Source of the DNA: an uncultured delta proteobacterium
Lineage (GTDB): Bacteria > Desulfobacterota > Binatia > UBA9968
Direction of reading: 5' to 3'
Assembly: GCA_963755715.1 (NCBI GenBank)
Contig: CAVWLW010000019.1
Span: forward strand, 1-23,367
DNA: 23,367 nt
Made by a program: the position numbers and the translations under genes. Position 1 is the first letter of the stretch, and each line of letters opens with the position of its first letter. A model generated the notes under the pieces. It ran no database searches and had not been told where the DNA came from. It saw only the letters and a list, made by a program, of their open reading frames with translations. Shown one piece after another: positions 1 through 8,403 of this stretch.

Positions 1-1
1 C

Positions 2-1083
2 CACGTCTGGTGGATCGCGTTCTACCATCGCGGGCAAAAGATCCGCGAGAGTTCGAAATCGGCGAAAGAGTGGGTCGCGTGCGCTCTCCTGAAGCAGCGG
101 ATCGCGGAGACGCAAACCGGGCAGTTCGTTGCCGATCAGGGAAAAGTCACGTTTGATGATTTGGTCGAGGGGATCGCGACGGACTACGCATTGAATAACC
201 GGCGATCGTTTAAAAGCGGCGCGGCAGTCTGCATCAAGCACCTGCGCGAATTTTTCGGACTCGATGCGGCGCTGGACATTACTTCCAATCGCCTGAAAAC
301 CTACCAGCTAAGACGGCGCGAGCAAGGGGCGAGCGTGTCGAGCATCAACGGTGAGTTGCGGGTATTGCGGCGGATGTTTTCGATTCAGATGGACGGCGGC
401 AAACTCTCTCGCAAGCCGAAGTTTGTCATGCTTGACGGCGAGAAAGTCCGTGAGGGTTTTGTCGATCACGGCGATTTCTTGCGGGTCTTGGGTGATTACC
501 GGAGCACCTGAAGCCGGCGGTGGAGTTTTTGTATTATGCCGGATGGCGAAAGAGCGCGGTGCGAAATCTCCAGTGGAAAGAGATCGACATGCGCGGCCGC
601 ACTGCACGGCTCAAGATCGCGGATTCCAAGAACAGCGAGCCGTGGGTCTTGCCGCTGTCGGGCCGTCTGTGGGAAATCATTCAAGCGCGGGCAAAGGTGC
701 GCCGTCTCGATTGCCCGTATGTGTTTCATGATGGTGGGCAAAAGATCGGTGACTTTCGCAAGGCTTGGCAAACCGCGAGTGTTGCAGCGGGGCTTGGATC
801 GTTCGTTAAAGCCGAAAAGCCAGCCGAGCAGGGGGACCCAAGAAAAAGCGGCAGAGAAAAAAATATACTGATTTGCTCATTCACGACTTGCGCCGTTGCG
901 CGGCTCGCAACCTGTCGCGCGCCGGAGTTTCCGAAGTCGGTCGCCATGCGAATTACCGGGCACAAAACGCCGTCCATGTATCGGCGATACCGGATCATCG
1001 ATGAGAACGAGCTAAGGGAAGCGCAGGAAAAAATGCAAGCGCCACCTGAACGCGACGCATGGACAAGGCGGCAGAGTCGCTGA
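2..1083 (+). CDS. Tyrosine recombinase/phage-type integrase, 5'-truncated by the window edge and frameshifted (sequencing error or pseudogene)
   Basis: Frame 2 is open from base 2 (HVWWIAFYHRGQKIRESSKS..., arm-binding-like N-terminus) into ORF 161-511. A -1 slip at ~496 (ggtgattaccg) joins it to LPEHLKPAVEFLYYAGWRKS (catalytic R), then SKN. The HDLRR motif lies in frame 3 at 882-896, followed by ITGHKT..MYRRY (H and catalytic Y) back in frame 1. Adjacent to a tRNA 3' end. Confidence 0.9.
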
Positions 1084-1092
1084 TAGAGAATG

Positions 1093-1112
1093 GGACACAA
1101 TACGGACACAAT
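1093..1112 (+). repeat. Tandem direct repeat GGACACAAT x2, candidate integrase arm-type binding sites
   Basis: GGACACAAT at 1093-1101 and 1104-1112 (11-bp period), between the integrase stop and the tRNA 3' end. Confidence 0.55.
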
Positions 1113-1152
1113 TGGCGGAAAACTGCCAGAACCGCTATCTGAGACGATACGG

Positions 1153-1165
1153 CAACTGCTTGAAA
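1153..1165 (-). promoter_or_regulatory. Candidate IHF-binding site in the att arm
   Basis: Reverse complement TTTCAAGCAGTTG matches WATCAANNNNTTR with one mismatch, 15 bp from the tRNA 3' end. Confidence 0.4.
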
Positions 1166-1179
1166 ATCTGGGGGTTAAC

Positions 1180-1255
1180 TGGTGAGCCGTGCCGGATTCG
1201 AACCGGCGACCCTCTGCTTAAAAGGCAGATGCTCTACCGACTGAGCTAACGGCTC
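1180..1255 (-). tRNA. trnK: tRNA-Lys (anticodon UUU)
   Basis: Reverse complement GAGCCGTTAGCTCAGTCGGTAGAGCATCTGCCTTTTAAGCAGAGGGTCGCCGGTTCGAATCCGGCACGGCTCACCA: 76 nt, acceptor stem, D arm, anticodon loop CTTTTAA, GTTCGAATC T-loop, encoded CCA. Confidence 0.98.
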
Positions 1256-1276
1256 GGCGGCGGAATGGAACCCGTA

Positions 1277-1306
1277 ATTAATAACGAGAATGCTCGGCTA
1301 AGTCAA
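1277..1306 (-). promoter_or_regulatory. Candidate sigma70 promoter for tRNA-Lys
   Basis: On the minus strand TTGACT (1306-1301), 17-nt spacer, then TATTAA(T), about 22 nt upstream of the mature tRNA. Confidence 0.45.
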
Positions 1307-1353
1307 ACAATCGGTCGTAAATTCGCCGCCTTGTGCGCGCAAAAAAATAAGCG

Positions 1354-2199
1354 TTAACGCTGTTTTGGGTCGAGAATGTCACGCAGACCGTTGCCCAAAA
1401 TATTCAGCGAGAGAATCGTCGAAAAAATCGCCGCTGCGGGGAAGGCGATGACATGCGGATAACTGCGCATGGCGCGGTAGCCGTCCTGCACGAGCGTGCC
1501 CCAGCTGGTGCCCCATGCGCTGTATGGGTCATTGATGCCGATGCCGATGAAGCTGAGCGTCGATTCGGCAAGGATGGCGGACGGAATGCTGAAGGTTAAC
1601 GTCACGATGATCGGCCCGATGATGTTCGGCAAGATATGGCGCACGACAATTCGCCGGCGCGAAGCGCCGAGCGCGTAGGCGCTTTCGACGAAGAGAAATT
1701 CTCTCGCTTGAAGCACCTGGCCGCGGGCGATCCGCGCGAAGCGCACCCAAGAGACCAAACCCAAGGCGACCAGGAGGCCGCCGATATTTCTGCCGAATAG
1801 CAGCGACAGCAAAATAAAAATCAACATATCCGGCAGGCCATAAAAAAGATCGACGATGCGCATCATGGCGTGGTCCCAGTTGCCGCCTTTAAAGCCGGCG
1901 ATCAGGCCGTAGGTTGTACCGATGATGAGCGCGATCAGTGCCGTGCCGAGGCCGACGGTGATCGACACGCGCGCGCCGTAAAGCACTCGCGTCAAAAGAT
2001 CGCGGCCAAGCCCGTCGGTGCCCATCCAATGCGCCGAGCTCGGCGATTCCAACAAACGCTTTTCTTCGAAGCCTCCTACTGCATAGGAAGAAAACCACGG
2101 CGCGCATATGGCCGCCAGCACGATGATCAGTAAAAAGCCCGCGCAGAACGGGAGCAAGCGGTTGACGGACCGCTGCAGCGGATTTAGTTCGCTTGCCAT
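1354..2199 (-). CDS. oppC: Peptide ABC transporter permease (OppC/DppC family)
   Basis: HWMGTDGLGRDLLTRVLYGARVS, EAA-like loop FVESAYALGAS..RIVVRHILPN, AILAESTLSFIG, C-terminal GNGLRDILDPK. Confidence 0.93.
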   Translation of the reverse strand: MASELNPLQRSVNRLLPFCAGFLLIIVLAAICAPWFSSYAVGGFEEKRLLESPSSAHWMGTDGLGRDLLTRVLYGARVSITVGLGTALIALIIGTTYGLIAGFKGGNWDHAMMRIVDLFYGLPDMLIFILLSLLFGRNIGGLLVALGLVSWVRFARIARGQVLQAREFLFVESAYALGASRRRIVVRHILPNIIGPIIVTLTFSIPSAILAESTLSFIGIGINDPYSAWGTSWGTLVQDGYRAMRSYPHVIAFPAAAIFSTILSLNILGNGLRDILDPKQR

Positions 2200-2202
2200 C
2201 TG

Positions 2203-3121
2203 CTATTCGCTTCGGATCCGTGGATCGACGTAGCCATACAAAATATCGACGAGAAAATTGGCGCCGACCAAGATCGCCGTGTAAACCAGCGTGACGCCCA
2301 TGATCAGACGGATAATCGCGGTCGGTGACGGCGGTGATAAAAAATCGTCCCATGCCAGGAATCGCGAAGACGTATTCGACGACGAACGAGCCGGTGAGCA
2401 GGGTAGCGATCAGCGGCCCCATCACGGTCAGAACCGGAATCAACGAATTGGCAAGCGCGTGCTTGGCGATCACCGCGGACTCTTTAAGTCCCTTGGCGCG
2501 CGCCGTACGCACGAAGTCTTCGCCGAAGGTTTCCACCAAGGTCGAGCGCAGAAGCGCGGCGAGATAAGCCGCAGGCGCAGCGCCTAGCGTTATCGTCGGC
2601 AGGATTGCGCTGCTCCAGTCATCCCAACGGCCGGCTTGAAGCCAGCCGAGCTGCAAAGCCACCGCCCATATGAGCAACGCGCCGAGAATAAAGTTGGGCA
2701 GTGAAATGCCCAACGTGGCGACGAATAAACAAAAGCGGTCGATGAGCGAATCGCGATAGTATGCGGCGAATAACCCAATGGGGAAGGAAATGCCCAAGGC
2801 GAATACAATTGCCAATCCGCCGAGCAGCGCCGAGGTCGGCAGCGTATCGCCGATGATCTCGGTCACACCGCGATCGAGGTACTTATACGACGGACCGAGA
2901 TCCCCGCGCGCGATGCCGGCAAGATAACGAAGGTACTGCTCGATCAAGGGTTCGTTAAGATGGTATTTGGCTTCGAGGTTGGCGAGGATTTCCGGCGGCA
3001 ACTTTCGTTCGCTATCGAAGGGGCCGCCGGGCGCGAGACGAAGCAGAGTAAATGTCAGTGTGGCAACAGCCCAGAGCACGATCAAGCCGTGAATGAAACG
3101 TTTCAACAGCAGAGAAATCAT
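2203..3121 (-). CDS. oppB: Peptide ABC transporter permease (OppB/DppB family), +1 frameshift near 2308
   Basis: LAPGGPF, GDLGPSY, DFVRTARAKGL, VEYVFAIPGMGR. Removing one base at ~2308 restores DRDYPLIMGVTLVY...VDILYGYVDPRIRSE* (stop 2203-2205), 3 nt before the oppC start. The 410-aa ORF tail is a frameshift artefact. Confidence 0.92.
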
Positions 3122-3282
3122 TTAACTGGGATGAATGTAACTCAGAGCGTACGAGTTGTCATTCTGTTTGGGGTGTGGCCGAGACTCTCCAACTCAGTGA
3201 TCTGGGTTCCGGTTTGAGGAGCAAGACAGGAACCTTGACGAGAGTTTTTTGAACTTGTCGACTTGAAGTCGACTGTTGTCCT

Positions 3283-3413
3283 GTCGTTCCAGCGGAAGCC
3301 GAAACCTAGGCGATTTTGAACTTGAACCAAGGAACCTGGATGCCGGCGGGAGTTTATCCTGAGCCCTGACGAAGGGCCGGCATGACGAGCCCTTACTTCG
3401 CCTGAAGGCGAAG
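3283..3413. repeat. Composite REP-like palindromic element (inverted doublet, nested insert, trailing hairpin)
   Basis: Degenerate left arm GTCGTTCCAGCGGAAGCCGAAACCTAGG (3283-3310); right arm CCTGGATGCCGGC..GCCGGCATGAC (3335-3386), matching 16290-16317 except for an expanded loop; then CTTCGCC-TGAA-GGCGAAG (3396-3413). Confidence 0.7.
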
Positions 3414-3494
3414 AACTTCGGCGGCAATCCACGTAAAATATTGCACTGATAGAGAGGGCGCTTCGGTGTCAGCGCATTTCTCCAGATATGCGCA

Positions 3495-4862
3495 TTAAGA
3501 AATCAGTGCAGCGGAATATTCTTCGAGCTTTTTTTCCAACCAGCGCGTGTTGACTGATCCGTGCCGATATTCAGGATCGGCAATCACCGTTTTAAGAAAT
3601 GGAATCAAAGTATCGATGCCGCTTACGTGAAAATCATTCAGCGCTTTGTTGGTTAGATTCGCAGCGTCTTGGCGTGTGCCGGCATGAACGATCAACTTGG
3701 CGAGCAGCGAATCGTAGTATGGCGGGACGAAATAACCGGGATAACAGTGCGTATCGAGCCGAATACCCGCGCCCTCGGGCGCTTGCCATTCGGTAATCCG
3801 GCCCGGGCAAGGACGGAAACCGTGCTGCGGGGATTCCGCGTTGATGCGACATTCGATCGCGTGGCCGGTAAATTGGATGTCCGATTGTTTGAACGGCAGG
3901 GGCTCGCCGCGGGCGATGCGCAGCTGCTGGGCGACTAGATCGACGCCGGTGATCATTTCGGTGACCGGGTGTTCTACCTGAATGCGGGTGTTCATCTCTA
4001 GAAAATAGAAATCTGCCGTGTCGTTGTCGTAGATGAACTCAATGGTGCCGGCGCTGCGGTAGCCGATATTGCGCGCGAGGGTCGCCGCCGCGGTGCAAAT
4101 CTTGGCGCGGACGTCCGCGGGTACCGCATAGGCCGGCGCTTCCTCGATGATCTTCTGGTGGCGCCGCTGCAGGGAACAATCGCGCTCGCCCAGGTGGATC
4201 ACGTTGCCATGCTGATCGCCGAGAATCTGCACTTCGATGTGACGCGCGTTGCCGACATATTTTTCCATGTAGAGCGTATCGTTGCCGAATGCCGTTCGCG
4301 CTTCCGCCGCGGCGGTACGGAAAGTATCTTCGATCTCGTTGGCGTTGGATACCAGCTTGATGCCGCGTCCGCCGCCGCCGGCCGACGCCTTGAGCAGGAG
4401 AGGATAGCCGATCTGTTCGGCGAGCCGCGCAGCTTCGTGCGGATTCTTCGCATGATCTGATCCCGGAACCAACGGCACTCCGGCGGCGCGAGCAATTTTG
4501 CGCGCTTCGAGCTTGTCGCCCATCATAGAAATATTCTCGGCGCTCGGGCCGATGAAGGTAATATTGTTTTCAGCGCAGGCTTGAGCGAGGGCGGCTCGCT
4601 CTGAGAGAAATCCGTATCCCGGATGAAGCGCGTCGCAGCCGGTGCCTTGCGCCGCCGCCATCAGGTTTTCGATTTTCAGATAACTATCGGTGGAGCGCGC
4701 CGGGCCGATGCAGACCGCTCGGTTGGCCATCTGGGCGGCCATGCTTTCGCGGTCGGCGTCCGAAACGGCGGCAACTGTTTCAATCCCCAAACTTTGGCAA
4801 GCTCTGATGACACGCACGGCGATTTCGCCGCGGTTCGCGACCAATACGCGAGTGACACTCAT
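3495..4862 (-). CDS. accC: Biotin carboxylase (acetyl-CoA carboxylase BC subunit family)
   Basis: VLVANRGEIAVR, LHPGYGFLSE, KASAGGGGRG, ERDCSLQRRHQK, FLEMNTRIQVEHPVTE, ECRINAE, YYDSLLAKLI. The ATG at 4862 has GGAG 5 nt upstream, so it is preferred over 4907. Confidence 0.95.
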   Translation of the reverse strand: MSVTRVLVANRGEIAVRVIRACQSLGIETVAAVSDADRESMAAQMANRAVCIGPARSTDSYLKIENLMAAAQGTGCDALHPGYGFLSERAALAQACAENNITFIGPSAENISMMGDKLEARKIARAAGVPLVPGSDHAKNPHEAARLAEQIGYPLLLKASAGGGGRGIKLVSNANEIEDTFRTAAAEARTAFGNDTLYMEKYVGNARHIEVQILGDQHGNVIHLGERDCSLQRRHQKIIEEAPAYAVPADVRAKICTAAATLARNIGYRSAGTIEFIYDNDTADFYFLEMNTRIQVEHPVTEMITGVDLVAQQLRIARGEPLPFKQSDIQFTGHAIECRINAESPQHGFRPCPGRITEWQAPEGAGIRLDTHCYPGYFVPPYYDSLLAKLIVHAGTRQDAANLTNKALNDFHVSGIDTLIPFLKTVIADPEYRHGSVNTRWLEKKLEEYSAALIS

Positions 4863-4947
4863 GGATACTCCGGAAAATACGATGAGAAAGACACTGGAGA
4901 CAGGCAACTTTTCGACGAAGCCGAAGAGCAGCCAGCCTCCACGCTGA

Positions 4948-5439
4948 TTACGGCTTCACGATGAATAGCGTCTGACCGAACTCGACGAATTGACCGTTTT
5001 GCACAACCAGCTCGACGATCGTGCCCTTAACGGTGGCGCGCACGCTGCTGAAAACTTTCATCACTTCGATCAAGCCGACGGTGGTATCCTCGGTGATCTG
5101 TTGGCCGACTTTGACGAACGGGGGAGCGCCCGGTTCCGGGGCAACGTAAAATGTTCCGAGCAGCGGTGCGGTGATCGGCAACATACCCTCGGGGACCGTC
5201 ACCGGCTTGGCTGCTTGCGCGGCCGGCGCAGTGCTGGTTGTCGGAGCGGGTTTTACCGCTGCGGCCGCCGGACTCGGCGCCACGCTCGCTGGTGCCGGCT
5301 GCGCCGCGCCCGCAATGGGAATCGGATCGCCTTTGCTGACGGTGATCTTGAGCTCGCCGACCTCCAGTTGGAAGTAATCGAATTTCGATTCGTCGATCAG
5401 TTTCAATATGTGCAAGACATCATCTTCGCTGAGTTCCAT
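4948..5439 (-). CDS. accB: Biotin carboxyl carrier protein
   Basis: Ala/Pro-rich linker, ITAPLLGTFYVAPEPGAPPFVKVG, biotinylation motif IEVMKV, VEFGQTLF. Confidence 0.95.
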   Translation of the reverse strand: MELSEDDVLHILKLIDESKFDYFQLEVGELKITVSKGDPIPIAGAAQPAPASVAPSPAAAAVKPAPTTSTAPAAQAAKPVTVPEGMLPITAPLLGTFYVAPEPGAPPFVKVGQQITEDTTVGLIEVMKVFSSVRATVKGTIVELVVQNGQFVEFGQTLFIVKP

Positions 5440-5481
5440 CGCCTCGCCTTCCTCTGAGTTGATTAGGTTTATTCCTTATGC

Positions 5482-5520
5482 GATTTCGCAGAGCTTGGCA
5501 AATCGCGGAGTGGAAATGAC
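5482..5520 (-). repeat. REP-like element (GTCATTTC...GAAATC family)
   Basis: Minus strand GTCATTTCCACTCCGCGATTTGCCAAGCTCTGCGAAATC shares both ends with the element at 8309-8334. Confidence 0.45.
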
Positions 5521-5558
5521 TATTTTTGCAAATCGCCTAGGAATAACCGAGGGTATTG

Positions 5559-7149
5559 CTATTTCCCCACCGCGTTTGACGTTTCTTAAATCCATCCGCG
5601 CCATCGAATTATACTCCAAGCCGGTAAATTTCGGATTCAACAGGGTCGCTTCGGTCGTCCAAAACAGCGGTGCGATAGCGGCGTCGGTCTCGGTAAGAAT
5701 TCTTTGCGCTTCGTCGTAAAGCCGGCTGCGCTTCGCGGCGTCTTGCTCGCGCGCTGCCTGTTCGAGCAATTGGTCGTAGCGCGGGTTTTTCCACCGGCCG
5801 TGATTGTTGCCGCTGTTGGAAGTAAAAAGCTTCATGAAGTTATCAGGGTCCGGATAATCGGCGCCCCAGCCCGCGCGATGCACCACGAAGGGATCGTTCT
5901 GGAGCTTTTTTAGATAAACTTTCCACTCCTGATTCTCGATCTTCACGATCACGTTCAAATATTTTTGCCACATGCCCTGGACCGCTTCGGCCACCAGCTT
6001 GTGATCATCCAGGGTGTTGTAGCCCAAAACAATCGGCGGCAATCCCTTGCCGTCGGGGTAGCCGGCTTCGCTCAAAAGCCGCTTGGCTTCGTTGGGATTG
6101 AAGGCGAGACCGATCTCGGGATTGTGCGCCAGCATGCCTGGTGGAATCCAAGAGGTTGCCGGCGTCTGGCCGCCCTGAAGAATTTTGGGAAAGACGCTCC
6201 GGTCAATGGCCATCGCAAAAGCTTTGCGCAGTTTGGGATTATCGAAAGGTTTACGATCGACGGCGAAGCCGTAATATTCGCCGCGCAATTGCGGCACAAG
6301 TTTGTACCCTGGCATCTTCGATAGGCGCGGTTTGTCGAGGGACGGGATGCTATGATCGTCCATGAAATCCAAATTGCCCTGTTCGAACATCGCCACAGCG
6401 GTAGATTTTTCATTGATCATGAACATGCTGACTTTCTCGATGGCGGGCTTGCCGCGAAAGTAGCCCGGGTTGGCACTAAGTTCGATTTCGTTCTCGTGCT
6501 TCCAAGACGTCAAACGAAAGGGACCGTTGGTCACGATATTTCCCGGCTCGGTCCAGCGGGTGTCGAATTTTTCGAACACATCCTGGCGCTGCGGGTACGT
6601 GACTTCAAAAGTCGTGATAGCGAGAAAGTAAGCGGCAGGGTGGCGCAGAGTAACGATCAGGGTTTGATCATCCGGCGCTTGGACGCCGACCGCCGCGGAG
6701 TCTTTGATCTTTCCCTCGGCGTATTCTTGGGCGTTGACGATATCGAAAAGAATATAGGCGTATTGCGACGCCGTCTTGGGATTGAGCAGGCGCTTCCACG
6801 AATATTCGAAATCTTGCGCGCGAACTTTTTTTCCGTCGGTCCATTGCACGTCGTCGCGCAAATGAAAGATAATCTTCTTCCCGTCTTCTAAAACATCCCA
6901 AGACTTGGCGATCACCGGAGCGGGTTTCAGTTCCTTGTCGAACTCGGTGAGCCCAACCATAAGATTCGAGATCACGTTGAAGGAAACATGGTCTGTCGCG
7001 AGGGACCAATCGAGGCTCGGCGGCTCGGTGCCGAGATTGACGCGAAAACTGTCGCCGCCGCTTTTGGTCGTGGATTTGCACGCGCTTAACAAAATGAAAA
7101 CACTAGCCAGAAGCCAAATAGATGCGTGCAATTGTCGTAGTCGAAGCAA
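5559..7149 (-). CDS. oppA: Peptide ABC transporter substrate-binding lipoprotein (OppA, SBP family 5)
   Basis: Lipobox LLSA-C, EPPSLD, FHLRDDVQWTDG..VRAQDFEYSWKR, VTNGPF, LRKAFAMAIDR, RAGWGADYPDP. As read, the ORF runs to 5476; an extra G in the G-run near 5565-5570 would give a stop at 5559-5561 (…NVKRGGK*), which fits better. Confidence 0.92.
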
Positions 7150-7234
7150 TGAATTATCTGTCTTGCTTGTAAAGGTGTTAGCCGGTATTAGTACCGCAAT
7201 ACTCCAGCGCCTTCAAGAAAGAGGTCGGTCGATC

Positions 7235-8267
7235 ATGGACGCAAAAGAATTGTTGATGAATAGCTTGGTCATCGAAGGGCATCGCGATGTTTACGAGCAG
7301 CTCTATCGCACCTCGATCGGCGAGAAATCACCGATCCGCGATGCGGTCGCGCCGAGGCTGATTCGCGACGGCATCAACATGACCGTGTATGCGATCTCGC
7401 GGCGACTCTTATTCCCATTCGCAAAACACCGGGCGTTATCTGGAAACGGCGCTCGATCAGATCGACCAGTTTCTCGAGGAGGCGCCGCGCTCGGAGGGCA
7501 TGATCCAGATGGTCAAGACGCGCGGCGATCTGCCCGATAAAGTCGAGCCGGGCAGCGTCAAGTTTTTGCTTCACTTCGAAGGTTGTATGCCGCTGCGCGG
7601 CAGCATTCATAATCTTAGAAATTTTTATCGCTTGGGCTTGCGTTCGCTGCAGCCGGTTTGGAATTTTCGCAACGAGCTCGGCGACGGTGTATGGGAAAAC
7701 CGCACGGGCGGCGGGTTGACGAATTTCGGCGTCGAAGTGATCAAAGAAGCGAATCGCTTGGGCATGGTCGTCGATCTGTCGCATATGAACCGCGAAGGAT
7801 TTTTCCAAGCGTTGGACGCGGCCACGGCGCCGCTGCTCGTGAGCCATGCCAATGCCTGCGGCATGCTCGACAACCCGCGCAATCTCGCCGACGATCAAAT
7901 CAAGGCGATCGCCAACCAAGGCGGCCTGGTCGGCATCCTGGCTTTGCCCGAGCGCGTCGGCAAGGGCGAAGTCGCCATCGAGGACATGCTCAAGCACATG
8001 GACTACATGATCAAGCTCGTCGGCATCGAGCATCTGGCGTTGGGCATGGATTTCGTCAAGTACGATGGACCGCGCACCTTGAAGGATCGTCACCATCCGC
8101 TGCATAAGGATCCGCTGATCAAAGGCTTCGAGGAAATCGAAGACCTGCCGAATCTGATCGACGGCTTGCAGCGCCACGGCTACAAGGACGATGAAATCAG
8201 ATTGATCCTTGGCGGCAATTATCTGCGGGTGTTAAAGACGATCTTGCCGGAACAATCGGTGATCTAG
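7235..8267 (+). CDS. Membrane/renal dipeptidase family (peptidase M19) metallohydrolase, frameshift near 7398
   Basis: GAGGT RBS then MDAKELLMNSLVIEGHRD (HxD) at 7235, continuing after one indel into ORF 7389-8267 with HFEG, GGGLTNFG.EVIKEANRLGMVVDLSH, VSHAN, PRNL.D, LGMDF, ILGGNYLRV. Confidence 0.9.
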
Positions 8268-8307
8268 TTTTCTTCCAGGGATTGCCGTATCGACTCAACG
8301 CGGATCA

Positions 8308-8368
8308 TGTCATTTCGAGCCGCAGCGAGAAATCTTTCTTAGATTCCTCACATTCGTTCGGAATAGCA
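8308..8368. repeat. REP-like inverted doublet
   Basis: TGTCATTTCGAGCCGCAGCGAGAAATCT followed by a degenerate inverted partner AGATTCCTCACATTCGTTCGGAATAGCA, intergenic between co-directional genes. Confidence 0.6.
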
Positions 8369-8403
8369 GGTCTTTCCAATTTCAAGGTAGAGGTCGATCC
8401 TTC

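Noticed and set aside
1093-1112. CRISPR-like repeat
   Set aside because: Only two 9-bp units with a 2-bp gap. No repeat-spacer array or cas gene is present in the window.
1889-2310. Arg-rich C-terminal extension of OppB overlapping oppC
   Set aside because: Caused by one extra base at ~2308; the canonical OppB C-terminus is present in the other frame.
3180-3345. Possible 6S RNA (GAAGCC...CTTGAACCAAGG resembles the 3' half of enterobacterial ssrS)
   Set aside because: The match is short and lies in the spacer of a REP doublet. I could not build the long closing stem and central bubble. An Infernal search with RF00013 would settle it.
3142-3432. Small minus-strand ORFs (96 aa and 77 aa) between accC and oppB
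   Set aside because: They translate REP palindromes and have no RBS or protein-like composition.
3305-5541. 12-bp inverted match CCTAGGCGATTT (3305-3316 and 5530-5541) bracketing accBC as possible terminal inverted repeats
   Set aside because: 12-bp matches are expected by chance in 23 kb, the match does not extend, and no target-site duplication was seen.
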